DNA of 34,362 bases from Chloroflexota bacterium (GCA_003156975.1 PMIE01000082.1:88978-123339); one strand, 5' to 3'. Shown: positions 19,859 to 29,151, numbered from the stretch's first letter. Made by a program: numbers and translations. Notes: generated by a model not told the origin, from the sequence alone.

Positions 19859-20589
19859 CGGCGATGCGAGGCGACGCCGCCACCGCCGAGCGCGCGCGAC
19901 GCCGGGACCTGCTCCGTGCGGCCGGCGTCTATCTCGTGACCGAGGAATCTCTGAGCGCCGGGCGGCGATCGGAGGAGATCGTCGAAGCCGCCCTGGCCGG
20001 CGGCGTCCGGGTCGTCCAGGTCCGCGAAAAGGACGGCTCCGCTCGCCGCGCACTCGAGATCGCCCGGGCAGTCCGCACCATGACCCGTAGATTCGGCGCT
20101 CTCCTGATCGTCAACGATCGGATCGACATCGCCCTCGCGTCCGACGCCGACGGCGTCCACCTGGGCCAGACCGACATGCCCCTCCTAGAAGCGCGGCGCC
20201 TCCTGGGCGACGCGGCCCTGATCGGGCTGTCGATCACCGACGCCGCCCAGCTCACTGCACCCGACGCAATCGCGGCCGACTGCCTGGGCGTCGGCGCGGT
20301 CTTCGCCACCGCTTCCAAGTTGGACGCGGCCCTGACCGGGCTGCAGCTTCTTGCCGGCGTGCGCGATTACCGGGCCTCGAGCGGCGCGCCAATAGTCGCC
20401 ATCGGCGGCATCAATGCCGGGAACGCCGGCGCGGCAATCGACGCCGGAGCAGACCTCGTGGCGGTGATAACGGCAATCTCCGCCGCCGCGGACCCCGGCC
20501 GCGCCGCCGCGGAACTGCTTGCGATAGTCCGAGCGGCGCAGGCCGCTCGCCCCGAGCCGGCCGCGCGCCCCTTGCAGGCCCGCCGATGA
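19855..20589 (+). CDS. thiE: Thiamine-phosphate synthase
   Basis: VQVREK, LIVNDRIDIALA, DGVHLGQTD, VAIGGI; ATGA coupling. Confidence 0.95.
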   Translation: MTAMRGDAATAERARRRDLLRAAGVYLVTEESLSAGRRSEEIVEAALAGGVRVVQVREKDGSARRALEIARAVRTMTRRFGALLIVNDRIDIALASDADGVHLGQTDMPLLEARRLLGDAALIGLSITDAAQLTAPDAIAADCLGVGAVFATASKLDAALTGLQLLAGVRDYRASSGAPIVAIGGINAGNAGAAIDAGADLVAVITAISAAADPGRAAAELLAIVRAAQAARPEPAARPLQARR

Positions 20590-21566
20590 GTGGCTCTGGG
20601 GAGTTCGAGCTGATCGCCTCGCTGGCCGGACGCCTCGATCCTGCCGACGGGCTCGGGATCGGCGACGACGCCGCAGCCTGGATGGTCGGCGCCGGAACGC
20701 TACTAGTGGCCACGACGGACATGCTCGTCGAAAGAGTCCATTTCCGCCTGGACTGGACCTCACCGCGCGACCTGGGCTGGAAGGCGCTGGCGGTCAACCT
20801 GTCCGATCTTGCGGCGATGGGAGCGATGCCGGGACGGGCCCTGGTCTCCGTCGCGCTGCTGCCGGGACAGACCGCGATCGTCGAGGAAATGTACGACGGA
20901 CTGAGCGAGCTGGGTCGGCTCACGGGCACGCGAGTCGTGGGCGGTGACACTGTTCGTACCTCCGGACCGCTCGTTGTGAATGTGGCGCTACTTGGAGAAG
21001 CAGAACCGGGCCGGCTGCTGCGGCGAGACGGCGCGGTGCCCGGCGATCTTCTCGCCGTCACGGGCGCGGTCGGGGCCTCCGCCGCCGGCCTTGCGCTCCT
21101 GCTGGAAGCGGATCCCGAGCGGCTCGCCCGACCGGAGGCTGCTCAACTTCTGGCTGCGCACCATCGCCCGAACCCGCGGCTGGCCGCGGGCCGCACCCTC
21201 GCCTCGATGGGTCTTCGCTGTGCGATCGACATCAGCGACGGAGTCGCCAGCGAGGCATGGCACGTGGCCCGGTCCAGCGGCGTGGAAATCGCTCTCGACG
21301 CGGATCGCCTTCCGCTCAACGCAGGAGCCGTGGAGCTGTTTGGCCGGGAGAAGGCATGCCAGTTCGCCGTCGCCGGCGGCGAAGACTATGAGCTGCTCTT
21401 CGCCGTCCCCGAGGCCCGTCTGGCTGAGGTCACGGCCGCTCTGGGCGAGCAAGGCGGGGCCACGGTGGTCGGCCGCGTGATTGGGCAGCGGGCCGGTGGG
21501 CGTGTCGACCTGCTCCACGCTGGTCGCGTGGTGGAACCGGGCCGACCGGGCTACGTGGCGTTCTGA
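20586..21566 (+). CDS. thiL: Thiamine-monophosphate kinase
   Basis: EFELI, GIGDDAA, TTDMLVERVHF, KALAVNLSDLAAMGA, GGDT, IDISDG, GGEDYELLF. Confidence 0.96.
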   Translation: MSGSGEFELIASLAGRLDPADGLGIGDDAAAWMVGAGTLLVATTDMLVERVHFRLDWTSPRDLGWKALAVNLSDLAAMGAMPGRALVSVALLPGQTAIVEEMYDGLSELGRLTGTRVVGGDTVRTSGPLVVNVALLGEAEPGRLLRRDGAVPGDLLAVTGAVGASAAGLALLLEADPERLARPEAAQLLAAHHRPNPRLAAGRTLASMGLRCAIDISDGVASEAWHVARSSGVEIALDADRLPLNAGAVELFGREKACQFAVAGGEDYELLFAVPEARLAEVTAALGEQGGATVVGRVIGQRAGGRVDLLHAGRVVEPGRPGYVAF

Positions 21567-22966
21567 TGAACATGACAACCGAAGTTCAGCCGTTGGGCGT
21601 GCCGCGCAGCGATCTGGCCGCGGCCACGATCGGCATCGAGCGCGTGCCGGATCGATTTCGTGTGCTCGGCTTCCTGGACTACTTCGTCCTGTGGGCGGAC
21701 CTGGGCGTCGGCCTTCTGGTCCTGCTTGCGGGAACCGCCCTGGTCCCGGGCCTGGGTTTTGTCGAGGCGATTCTGGCCATCCTGCTGGGAACGCTAATCG
21801 GCAACCTGATGCTGGGGCTGGCCGGAGTCATCGGCAGCGACCTCGCCGTCCCCTCGATGGTCAGCCTGCGTCCCAGCTTCGGGCAGCGCGGCAGCTATCT
21901 GCCCAGCCTGATCAACGTTGTCCAGCTCGTGGGCTGGGGAGCATTCGAGCTGATCATCATGGCCCAGGCTTCGGCCACGATCACCAAGTCGGTTCTCGGC
22001 GTTTCGAGCTACGCCGTTTGGGCGGTCGTCTGGGGCGTCGTGATCACGGTATTCGCCCTCGGTGGGCCGCTCGTCGTCGTCCGCCAGTGGCTCGAGAAGG
22101 CGGGCATATGGATCGTTCTTGCGACCGCGGCCTGGATGACGATCTACGTCGTGACCCATGCCAGCTTCGCGACGCTGGTGAACAGGCCCGGCAATGGCAC
22201 CCTCAACTTCGCCCAGGGGATCGACCTGGTGGTGGCAATGCCGATCAGCTGGCTGCCCCTTGTCGCCGACTTCAATCGCTTCGCGAAGAGCTCCCGCACC
22301 TCCTTCTGGGGGACTGTCTCCGGCTTCGCGGTGTCCAACGTTCTCTTCTTCAGCCTCGGTGTGCTCCTGATCCTGGTACTGCCGTCCGCGGACCTGATCG
22401 GCTCGATCATGACCGTGGCGTTTGGCGCGGCTGGCCTGGCGCTCCTGCTCGGTGACGAGACCGACAACGCGTTCGCCGACGTGTACTCGGGCGCAATCTC
22501 GATCAAGAACGTTGTGCCGGCACTCTCGACGCGAGCGCTCGTGACCACGATCGGCGGACTGTGCCTGGTCATCGCCCTAACCGCAAACCTCACCAGCTTC
22601 CAGGGCTTCCTGTACCTGGTGGGTTCGCTATTCACGCCGCTCTTCGGGGTCGTGTTCGCCGACTACTTTCTGCTCAGGAGGCGGCGCTACGAAACGGCCG
22701 ACCTGTATCCGTCCGATGGACGGGGCAGATTCCGAGGTGGGATCAACCCGGTGGCGCTGATCGCCTGGGGCTGCGGCATCGCTGCTTACCTCGCCGAGAC
22801 GACGTACGTAGGCTGGCTCGGCGGGACGCTTCCATCGCTGGCGGTGTCGCTCGTCGTGTACCTGGCTTTGAGCGCGACGATGGGCCGCCTGCGAGCGCGT
22901 CTAGGGGGCTGGTGGCCGGCGGTTCGCGGCGTGGGGGTCTCGGTGCTTCGGCGCATCGGCGTCTAG
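21566..22966 (+). CDS. cytX: NCS1-family (purine-cytosine permease) transporter, CytX-like hydroxymethylpyrimidine transporter
   Basis: About 12 TM segments; LRPSFGQRGSYLPSLINVVQLVGW, AMPISWLPLVADF; last gene of the TPP-regulated operon. Confidence 0.82.
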   Translation: MNMTTEVQPLGVPRSDLAAATIGIERVPDRFRVLGFLDYFVLWADLGVGLLVLLAGTALVPGLGFVEAILAILLGTLIGNLMLGLAGVIGSDLAVPSMVSLRPSFGQRGSYLPSLINVVQLVGWGAFELIIMAQASATITKSVLGVSSYAVWAVVWGVVITVFALGGPLVVVRQWLEKAGIWIVLATAAWMTIYVVTHASFATLVNRPGNGTLNFAQGIDLVVAMPISWLPLVADFNRFAKSSRTSFWGTVSGFAVSNVLFFSLGVLLILVLPSADLIGSIMTVAFGAAGLALLLGDETDNAFADVYSGAISIKNVVPALSTRALVTTIGGLCLVIALTANLTSFQGFLYLVGSLFTPLFGVVFADYFLLRRRRYETADLYPSDGRGRFRGGINPVALIAWGCGIAAYLAETTYVGWLGGTLPSLAVSLVVYLALSATMGRLRARLGGWWPAVRGVGVSVLRRIGV

Positions 22967-23596
22967 GTCGCCCAGGAACCTCTCCACCCATTCGACGACC
23001 GACGCGGCCGACTCGACCGCTCCTGCGGCGCCGAGCTCCTCAGCGTCCGCGAGCATGGACACGATTCCCACGCCTCGGACGCCGACAGCGGCTGCCATCC
23101 GCATGTCATCCAGTGCGTCGCCGACGTAGACGGCTTCATCCGGGCGCGTGGCGTTCGCCAACTCCAGGGCGAGTTCCAAGGGACGGGGATGGGGCTTCCC
23201 GGCATCCGTGTCCTCGTGGTAGACGCGGACCGTCAACAGGTCCCCCGCGCCGATCCGTTCCAGCTGGGGCTCGACCTCGCGGCGGCTCCCGCCGGTGACG
23301 ATCCCGAGCGTGTATCCGGCCGACACGAGCCGAATCAGAGCCTCGACGACGCCGGGGAATGGCTCAGTCCTGTCGCTCCGAAACGTGGCCGCCCAGACCT
23401 GGACGGCCTCCTCGGTTCGCTCCTCGGGTATTCCGAGCGAGCGATACATCAGGCGCCAATTGGGGGAGAAGAGGCGTCGGAAGATCGCTTCGTCGAACGG
23501 CACGCCAATCTTCCGGCAGATCGCGGCGTCCGTTTCGAAGAGCGCGGGAACCGAATCGACGATTGTTCCGTCCCAATCGAAGAGGATGGTGCGCAT
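22901..23596 (-). CDS. HAD-superfamily hydrolase (subfamily IA)
   Basis: ILFDWDGTIVDS, LGIVTGG, KPHP, YVGDALDDM. Start ATG 23596; 3' end overlaps cytX by 66 nt. Confidence 0.9.
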   Translation of the reverse strand: MRTILFDWDGTIVDSVPALFETDAAICRKIGVPFDEAIFRRLFSPNWRLMYRSLGIPEERTEEAVQVWAATFRSDRTEPFPGVVEALIRLVSAGYTLGIVTGGSRREVEPQLERIGAGDLLTVRVYHEDTDAGKPHPRPLELALELANATRPDEAVYVGDALDDMRMAAAVGVRGVGIVSMLADAEELGAAGAVESAASVVEWVERFLGDLDADAPKHRDPHAANRRPPAP

Positions 23597-23801
23597 GACG
23601 TCGAATCGTACGGGAAAGCGCCAAATCGCATCGCGGCGATGCATCCAAGACGACCGTCGGGCCGAATACACATTAGGGAAGGACGCCAGAGCCGAGTGGT
23701 GGTCATCAACTTGAGGGACCGCGACCTACCACTGTTGCGCAGGGCAGGAATACCGATATCTTCATTAAGAATCAACTAGCACAGGTGGTAGATTTCGCAA
23801 C

Positions 23802-24368
23802 GTGATGGATTTGGCGCAGCCGGGTATTCAGAGGGTCGTCGAGGCCGCCTCCCGCAAGGGAGTTGCGCTCGACATTCGGCTTCTGCCCGGCGGCCCGTGC
23901 ACTTCGGAGCAGGCCGCGGCGGCCCTCGATGCGGAACTCGGTCAGATGGTCGAGGCCATGGTCTTCGTGGCCCCGCGACCCGAGGGCAGGCTGATCCCGC
24001 TCGTTTGCCTCGTGTCGGGCGCCAACCAGGTCGATCTGTCATTGCTCGCGGCAGTCAGCGGCGAGTTCGCGATTCGGGCCGCCAGCGCGCGCGAAGTGCG
24101 CGAGCTCACCGGTTTCTCGCCCGATGCCATCCCGCCCATCGGCTACGGCCGAGAAGTGCGCATTCTGATGGATCAGGATCTGTGCCAGTACCAGTGGATC
24201 TGGGCTGCCGCAGGCTCGGGCACGGCCGTCTTCAAAGTTGCGCCTCGGACGCTGCGGATGCTCTCCAATGCAGTTGTGGCTCCCGTCGCCATCGCGACCT
24301 GGATGAGCTCTTCTGCTGCCACCGCCATGGAGCCGCGCCTCCAGTTCGAGACCGGCGCAGGGGCGTAG
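23802..24368 (+). CDS. YbaK/ProX/EbsC-like aminoacyl-tRNA editing domain protein (degenerate motifs)
   Basis: TSEQAAAAL, VSGANQVDL, VRELTGF..IPPIG, ILMDQDL, WAAAGS pattern. Confidence 0.82.
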   Translation: MMDLAQPGIQRVVEAASRKGVALDIRLLPGGPCTSEQAAAALDAELGQMVEAMVFVAPRPEGRLIPLVCLVSGANQVDLSLLAAVSGEFAIRAASAREVRELTGFSPDAIPPIGYGREVRILMDQDLCQYQWIWAAAGSGTAVFKVAPRTLRMLSNAVVAPVAIATWMSSSAATAMEPRLQFETGAGA

Positions 24369-24490
24369 CTCGGGGCAGCGAGCGGCGTCGTCACTCGCGA
24401 TCGTGGCTGAGGAGATACCGAGTTGTCCCCATTCGTGGACGGCCGGTGGACAAGTCTGGGGTCGACTTTCGAATTAGGTGGAAAACCCGA

Positions 24491-24519
24491 TTGAACGGAC
24501 GTGGCCGTTCCTATAGCTT
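24491..24519 (+). promoter_or_regulatory. Putative sigma70-type promoter
   Basis: TTGAAC-N17-TAGCTT, overlapped by the inverted repeat gaacgg...ccgttc. Confidence 0.5.
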
Positions 24520-24524
24520 ATATC

Positions 24525-24610
24525 GGACGTCCGAAGGGGCTGAGCGTCTGCTAGTGGCTGCGATGACATCAAGGCTCATGCAGCGAGTAGGTTCCTTCGG
24601 GCGTTTCTTT
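24525..24610 (+). ncRNA. Candidate ~85-nt rod-shaped small RNA
   Basis: 16-bp terminal stem 24525-24540/24591-24606 (five G-U pairs), inner stems ctgct/agtag, gctgc/gcagc, atga/tcat; U-rich 3' end; begins where the upstream promoter predicts. Confidence 0.5.
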
Positions 24611-24790
24611 GTGCCCGTCGCCGGTGAGGGTCCCGGCGCAAACGAGATGAAAGTCGCGAGCGGCCGGCCGGTCGCTCCGGGCCGACGCGTCGAGGCGGCG
24701 TCTTGGGAGGTCCAGACGCCGCCTCGGCATTTGTCGCGAGGCCCGGGGTGGAGGAGGAGTGCCCGGGGTCTCGCAGGTGTTCGAGTTGGT

Positions 24791-25144
24791 TCAGGCTGGC
24801 CGCCGCTCGGCTTCGCCCCATTTGCTGTCCGAATAGAGAGCCCGGAGAAAGAGCATCCGGTTGACCTGGGCGAGCGACCAGCGAGAGTCGCATCGCGGCA
24901 GGCCCACGACGTAGCTGATCAGAGCGGCGGCGTCCTGCCCGGTGAAGCCGCTGCTGACGAGCAATCTGTATGAAGCCTGGGTCTGGAGCAGGCGAGGCAG
25001 CACGTCCGGCGAAATGAGGGTCGGCGAGGCCGTCGTCTGGGGAACGAGTGGCTCCTGCACTGCCTCCGCTTCGATGGGTACGGAAACGCGTTCGGGCTGG
25101 CCGTTGGGCGGCTGCGGGCGTCCAGCGGCGGACCGCCGGGCCAT
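24791..25144 (-). CDS. Small hypothetical protein
   Basis: Protein-like C-terminal half (YRLLVSSGFTGQDAAALISYVVGL...WSLAQVNRMLFLRALY); start uncertain (25144, 25189 or 25192). Confidence 0.6.
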   Translation of the reverse strand: MARRSAAGRPQPPNGQPERVSVPIEAEAVQEPLVPQTTASPTLISPDVLPRLLQTQASYRLLVSSGFTGQDAAALISYVVGLPRCDSRWSLAQVNRMLFLRALYSDSKWGEAERRPA

Positions 25145-25415
25145 GGGCCCGGTCTGTCCTGTGCTGCTGTGATCCGCCTTGCCAGCCATCATTCGATCCC
25201 TATCTCCGTTCTGCCCCCGTACATGAACAGTCGGTTCCGGGGCCTTCTGGCACGAGGCCCACGGGGTCAGGAAATGGCCGGTACTTGCGGTCCAGTGCTC
25301 CTTCGTTCGTATTAGTGGACCCAACCGGGCCGGCATGCCAGGGCATGAGCGAGACCGAATCTCCGTCTCGGCGTCGTTCGCGCGCCCAACCGGTCGGTGC
25401 CGCTAGACTGCTGGC

Positions 25416-26624
25416 GTGCGTGTCCGCCAGTTCGAGTTGAGGCTTCTTGCCGCGGCCCTCACGGTTCTCTGGGCCGCGGGTGGAGGCGTGATCTTGCTCG
25501 CCTATCGGCCGGGCGGTCCCCTCGACCTGCTGGTCGGCATCGCTGCCTCGCTGCCACTATTGGTCAGCGTCGCCCCGATCATCTGGCCCCCTCTGGTGCG
25601 GAGCGAACGCGGATCGGCCGGTGTGTTCTGGCTGGGCCTTTTGGCGGGTCTTCTGCTCCTCCCGTCCATCGCTGCGGTGGCCGGTCAGGTCATACAGGGC
25701 GGCACGGAGCCGCTCATGCCTTCTCTCGAGGTGATCTACCCGTGGGCTGTTGCGCTGCTGGCTACGAGTCTCTTTGCCGGATTGGGCATCAGCCGCCAGA
25801 TCGTCACTGAGACCGGGATCGGCAAGAGGCGCCTCGCCGCTTCGATCGCGTTCGCGGTCGTGGCGACATCGGTGATCGGCGGCGTTTTCGCCGGCGTCAG
25901 CCTTGCCGACAACGCGGCCCTCGCCGACAAGCCGGTCGCTCACTCGAGGTTCGGACCCACCGTCATGTTGCCTGCCCCGGGGCCGTCGGGACCGATTGCC
26001 CCGCCCGATTGCCGGAGCGCACTTGTGACGCCCCGAACCGCCCACCTGGACGTCGATCTCTCGGCCGATGTCGATTTGCGCGCCGTCGGCACTGTCAGTC
26101 TGACGGGCAACCGGTCCGGCTCGAACATGTCGTGGTCGGCTCAGGTCGTCCGCAGCGATCTCTTCGGCCAGTACGCGGTGGTCAGGGTCGGCGCGTCGGC
26201 CTGGACTCTCTCGCCCGGGACCAGCTGGGCAGTCGTCACCCCGAGTTCGGTAGATGGCCAGGCACTCGACTTGGCGGTCATTGCCAGTGCGCTGTCGCCG
26301 GAGAACCGGACCACAACCGAGGATCGCGGGCTGGAGTATGTGGAAGGGGCCCGGTCGCGGCGGTGCCGAGTTGCCGTGGACGGGGACACGTTTGCAGCCG
26401 CATTCCCGCAGGTGGCGTGGCTGGTCGGCAAGGCTTCTCTGGCCACCTGGCGGGGACAACTCGACTTCTGGGTCTTCGATGACGGAGAGGTAGGGATGGT
26501 TTCCGGCACCGTCAATGGCGATGCCCACGAGATTCTGGCGCACGGCATCCAGGCCACGGTGAGGGTCAAGATGTCCGCCACCGACAGGGACACCGCGATC
26601 ACGATCTCGCCACCGCGAACCTGA
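25416..26624 (+). CDS. Membrane protein: about 5 N-terminal TM helices plus an extracytoplasmic beta-rich domain
   Basis: Hydrophobic segments in the first ~165 aa, Pro linker, then alternating beta-strand pattern with two Cys; TAGACT 6 nt before the GTG. Confidence 0.8.
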   Translation: MRVRQFELRLLAAALTVLWAAGGGVILLAYRPGGPLDLLVGIAASLPLLVSVAPIIWPPLVRSERGSAGVFWLGLLAGLLLLPSIAAVAGQVIQGGTEPLMPSLEVIYPWAVALLATSLFAGLGISRQIVTETGIGKRRLAASIAFAVVATSVIGGVFAGVSLADNAALADKPVAHSRFGPTVMLPAPGPSGPIAPPDCRSALVTPRTAHLDVDLSADVDLRAVGTVSLTGNRSGSNMSWSAQVVRSDLFGQYAVVRVGASAWTLSPGTSWAVVTPSSVDGQALDLAVIASALSPENRTTTEDRGLEYVEGARSRRCRVAVDGDTFAAAFPQVAWLVGKASLATWRGQLDFWVFDDGEVGMVSGTVNGDAHEILAHGIQATVRVKMSATDRDTAITISPPRT

Positions 26625-26632
26625 TCGGGTAC

Positions 26633-27628
26633 GTGATGACGCCTCCCGCCGACCAGCTCGACACAGCCAAGCGCGACCGGCTGGCGCGCTTCTACAGGGT
26701 GCTTCGATACCTTGGCGCTCACCCGGAGGGAGCGAGCGTGGACGCCGTCGCCGGCTTTGTCGCGATGTCGCGCCGGACGGTATATCGCGACTTGCAAGCC
26801 CTCGAGGGCGAGATCGGCATCCCGTTGTGGAGCGAAGGCGGCAAATGGGGGATCGTCGAGGGAGCCTTCCTTCCGCCACTGCGCCTCACACTGGACGAAG
26901 GCGTGGCCTTCTTCTTCGCCGCGCGCTTGATGGCGCACTTCGCCGATCGCTACGATCCGGACACAGGCGCAGCTTTCCAGAAGCTCGCCGAGATCCTGCC
27001 GCAGGTCGTGGCGCGGCACCTGGAGCGCACCATCGACGTGCTCGCCAGCCGTCCGCCGGACGAGAGGCTCACGCGCAATGTGCGGCTGCTTGCCCGAGCC
27101 TGGGCCGAGAATCGAGTCGTGGAGCTGACCTACGACGCTGCTACATACAGCCCCGGCCGGCCGCCGCGCAGGTCCCGAGTCCACCCGTATCTGCTGGAAG
27201 CCTCGGCCACGACGCGGGCGCTCTACTTGATCGGTTTCGACGAGTCGCGTGGTGCCGTTCGGACCTTCAAGCTGCAGCGCATTCTGGAGCTGTCGCTCGC
27301 CCCGGATGCTTTCGAGCCGCCCGATCCGGCGGTGGTCCAGGATGGACTCGGCCGAGCCTGGGGCGTCATCACAGACCAGGAAGAGGTTGAGGTGGCGCTG
27401 CGCTTCGACGCTGCCATCGCGCCGCTGGTGACCGAAACCACTTGGCACCCCACGGAGCAGGTAACCCACGAGGATGACGGCCGAGTTCTCTGGCGGGCGC
27501 GCGTTCCCGGTACGGTCGAGATCCGGCGCTGGATCCTGCAGTGGGGAGCTCAGGTGGAGGTCCTCGCCCCGCCTGAGTTGCGCGAAGAAGTGGCAGAGAC
27601 CTACCGAAAGGCCGCGGAGAGATACTGA
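26633..27628 (+). CDS. WYL-domain transcriptional regulator (HTH-WYL-WCX, PafBC/DriD-like architecture)
   Basis: MSRRTVYRDLQALE HTH, LPPLRLTLDE, RVHPYLL...LYLIGFD...VRTFKLQRI, WILQWGAQVEVLAPPELR. Confidence 0.93.
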   Translation: MMTPPADQLDTAKRDRLARFYRVLRYLGAHPEGASVDAVAGFVAMSRRTVYRDLQALEGEIGIPLWSEGGKWGIVEGAFLPPLRLTLDEGVAFFFAARLMAHFADRYDPDTGAAFQKLAEILPQVVARHLERTIDVLASRPPDERLTRNVRLLARAWAENRVVELTYDAATYSPGRPPRRSRVHPYLLEASATTRALYLIGFDESRGAVRTFKLQRILELSLAPDAFEPPDPAVVQDGLGRAWGVITDQEEVEVALRFDAAIAPLVTETTWHPTEQVTHEDDGRVLWRARVPGTVEIRRWILQWGAQVEVLAPPELREEVAETYRKAAERY

Positions 27629-27660
27629 CTCAAGCCGTCCGTCTCGGATAGGCTTGGGCC

Positions 27661-29148
27661 ATGCATGACGAGGCGCCGGAGCCGTTCGCGATCGAGGCCG
27701 ATGCCACGGCGGCCGGACCGAACGCCGGCGGCATGGTTCACCCTCAAATGTGGGCCGTGAACCTGATCAGCGACCCTATCCACGGCTACATCGAGTTGAC
27801 AAAGCGGCTTACGCCGGCGCATGCCCGAGCCCTTGGATTGGCGGACGAAGAAGCGGCAGAGGGCGATCTGCTCGACTCCGCCTGGGTGCAGCGCATGCGG
27901 CGCATCAGCCAGCTCCAAAGCGCACGCTGGGTATTCCCCACGGCCGAGCACAGCCGCTTCACTCACAGTCTTGGTGTGATGCACGAAGCCGGGCTGTGGG
28001 CTCGCCACCTCTATCCGAGTTTGCGGGTGGCTCTGGCGGGCGCCGAGCCGGACGCGCCCCTTCCCTCCGAAGGCCTGGTCGTCGAGACGATGCGGCTGGC
28101 CGGGCTGCTCCACGACGTCGGCCACGGGCCGTTCGCGCACTTCTTCGACGAGCACGTGCTGTGCCACTTCCCAGCGCCGGCGGACCCGCGGCGGCAGCGC
28201 AAGAGCCTCACTCACGAGGATCTCTCGCAGCTGATCATCGAGCGCGAGCTCGGCGACCTGATCCGCGCCGTCCGCCGCGCACCCGGCGTCGTCCCCGAGC
28301 GCGACGCCCTTCGCCCTGACGAATCGATCGACCCGCGCTGGCTCTCGTTCCTGATCTCGAAGCCGGCCCTGGCCGACGCGTCGATGCCCCGCTGGTTGCG
28401 CTGGCTTCAACCGCTGCTGTCGGGTGTCTTCACGGTCGACAACCTCGACTACGTGCGCCGCGATGCCTACTTGATCGGCGTCTCGACCGGGCCTGTGGAC
28501 GTGGAACGGCTGCGGCGCTACTCATTCATCGGGCCGAGCGGGCTGTCGCTCTACGAACCCGGCCTGGGCGCCCTCGAGATGTTCCTGACGGCGCGCCTAT
28601 TCATGTACCAGCAGATCTACTACCACCGCTCCGTCCGGGCCATCGACCTCGATCTGGCGGGGGTCTTCCGGCCGAGCATCCTGGCGATCTTCGGCGAGGG
28701 CTCGCCTGCGGACGACCTGGGCCATTACGCCGACCTGGACGAATACGCGCTACTGCACCAGGCCGCTCTCTGGGCGCGGGGCGAGGCTCTTTCCGATAAG
28801 CCTTCGCCCGGCGACGGGACGGTCACGCCCGAGGTTGGGCGGGCCTGGCTCGCAATCCTGCTGCGGCGGCCGCGGTGGCGGGCGGAGGCAGAGTTGCGCC
28901 TGAGCTACGAAGCTGGAGAGCGGGCATCGGCGCAGACGAAGGCGCGGGCGGAACTCGGTCCCGAGCAGCCCGGCGTGGTGACGGTCGATCTGGCCGAGGT
29001 TGACGCCCGGCCCGCAGAAGCCACGGCCACGGATTCGCTGCTCGCGGTTGTCGGGCGGGACGGCGAGCCGGCCGTGCCGGTGAGCGCGGCCCTCGCGCGA
29101 CTGCCCGCCTATTCGCTCGTGGCCCGCCGGTACGGGCGGCTGGAGTAG
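27661..29148 (+). CDS. HD-domain phosphohydrolase (SAMHD1-like dNTP triphosphohydrolase family)
   Basis: ISDPIHGYI, QRMRRISQL, FPTAEHSRFTHSLG, LLHDVGHGPFAH, VDNLDYVRRD, ARLFMYQQIYYH. Confidence 0.9.
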   Translation: MHDEAPEPFAIEADATAAGPNAGGMVHPQMWAVNLISDPIHGYIELTKRLTPAHARALGLADEEAAEGDLLDSAWVQRMRRISQLQSARWVFPTAEHSRFTHSLGVMHEAGLWARHLYPSLRVALAGAEPDAPLPSEGLVVETMRLAGLLHDVGHGPFAHFFDEHVLCHFPAPADPRRQRKSLTHEDLSQLIIERELGDLIRAVRRAPGVVPERDALRPDESIDPRWLSFLISKPALADASMPRWLRWLQPLLSGVFTVDNLDYVRRDAYLIGVSTGPVDVERLRRYSFIGPSGLSLYEPGLGALEMFLTARLFMYQQIYYHRSVRAIDLDLAGVFRPSILAIFGEGSPADDLGHYADLDEYALLHQAALWARGEALSDKPSPGDGTVTPEVGRAWLAILLRRPRWRAEAELRLSYEAGERASAQTKARAELGPEQPGVVTVDLAEVDARPAEATATDSLLAVVGRDGEPAVPVSAALARLPAYSLVARRYGRLE

Positions 29149-29151
29149 CCC

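Noticed and set aside
23897-24973. 358-aa plus-strand ORF
   Set aside because: Overlaps the ybaK-like gene and the minus-strand small gene; no recognisable motifs; typical high-GC spurious frame.
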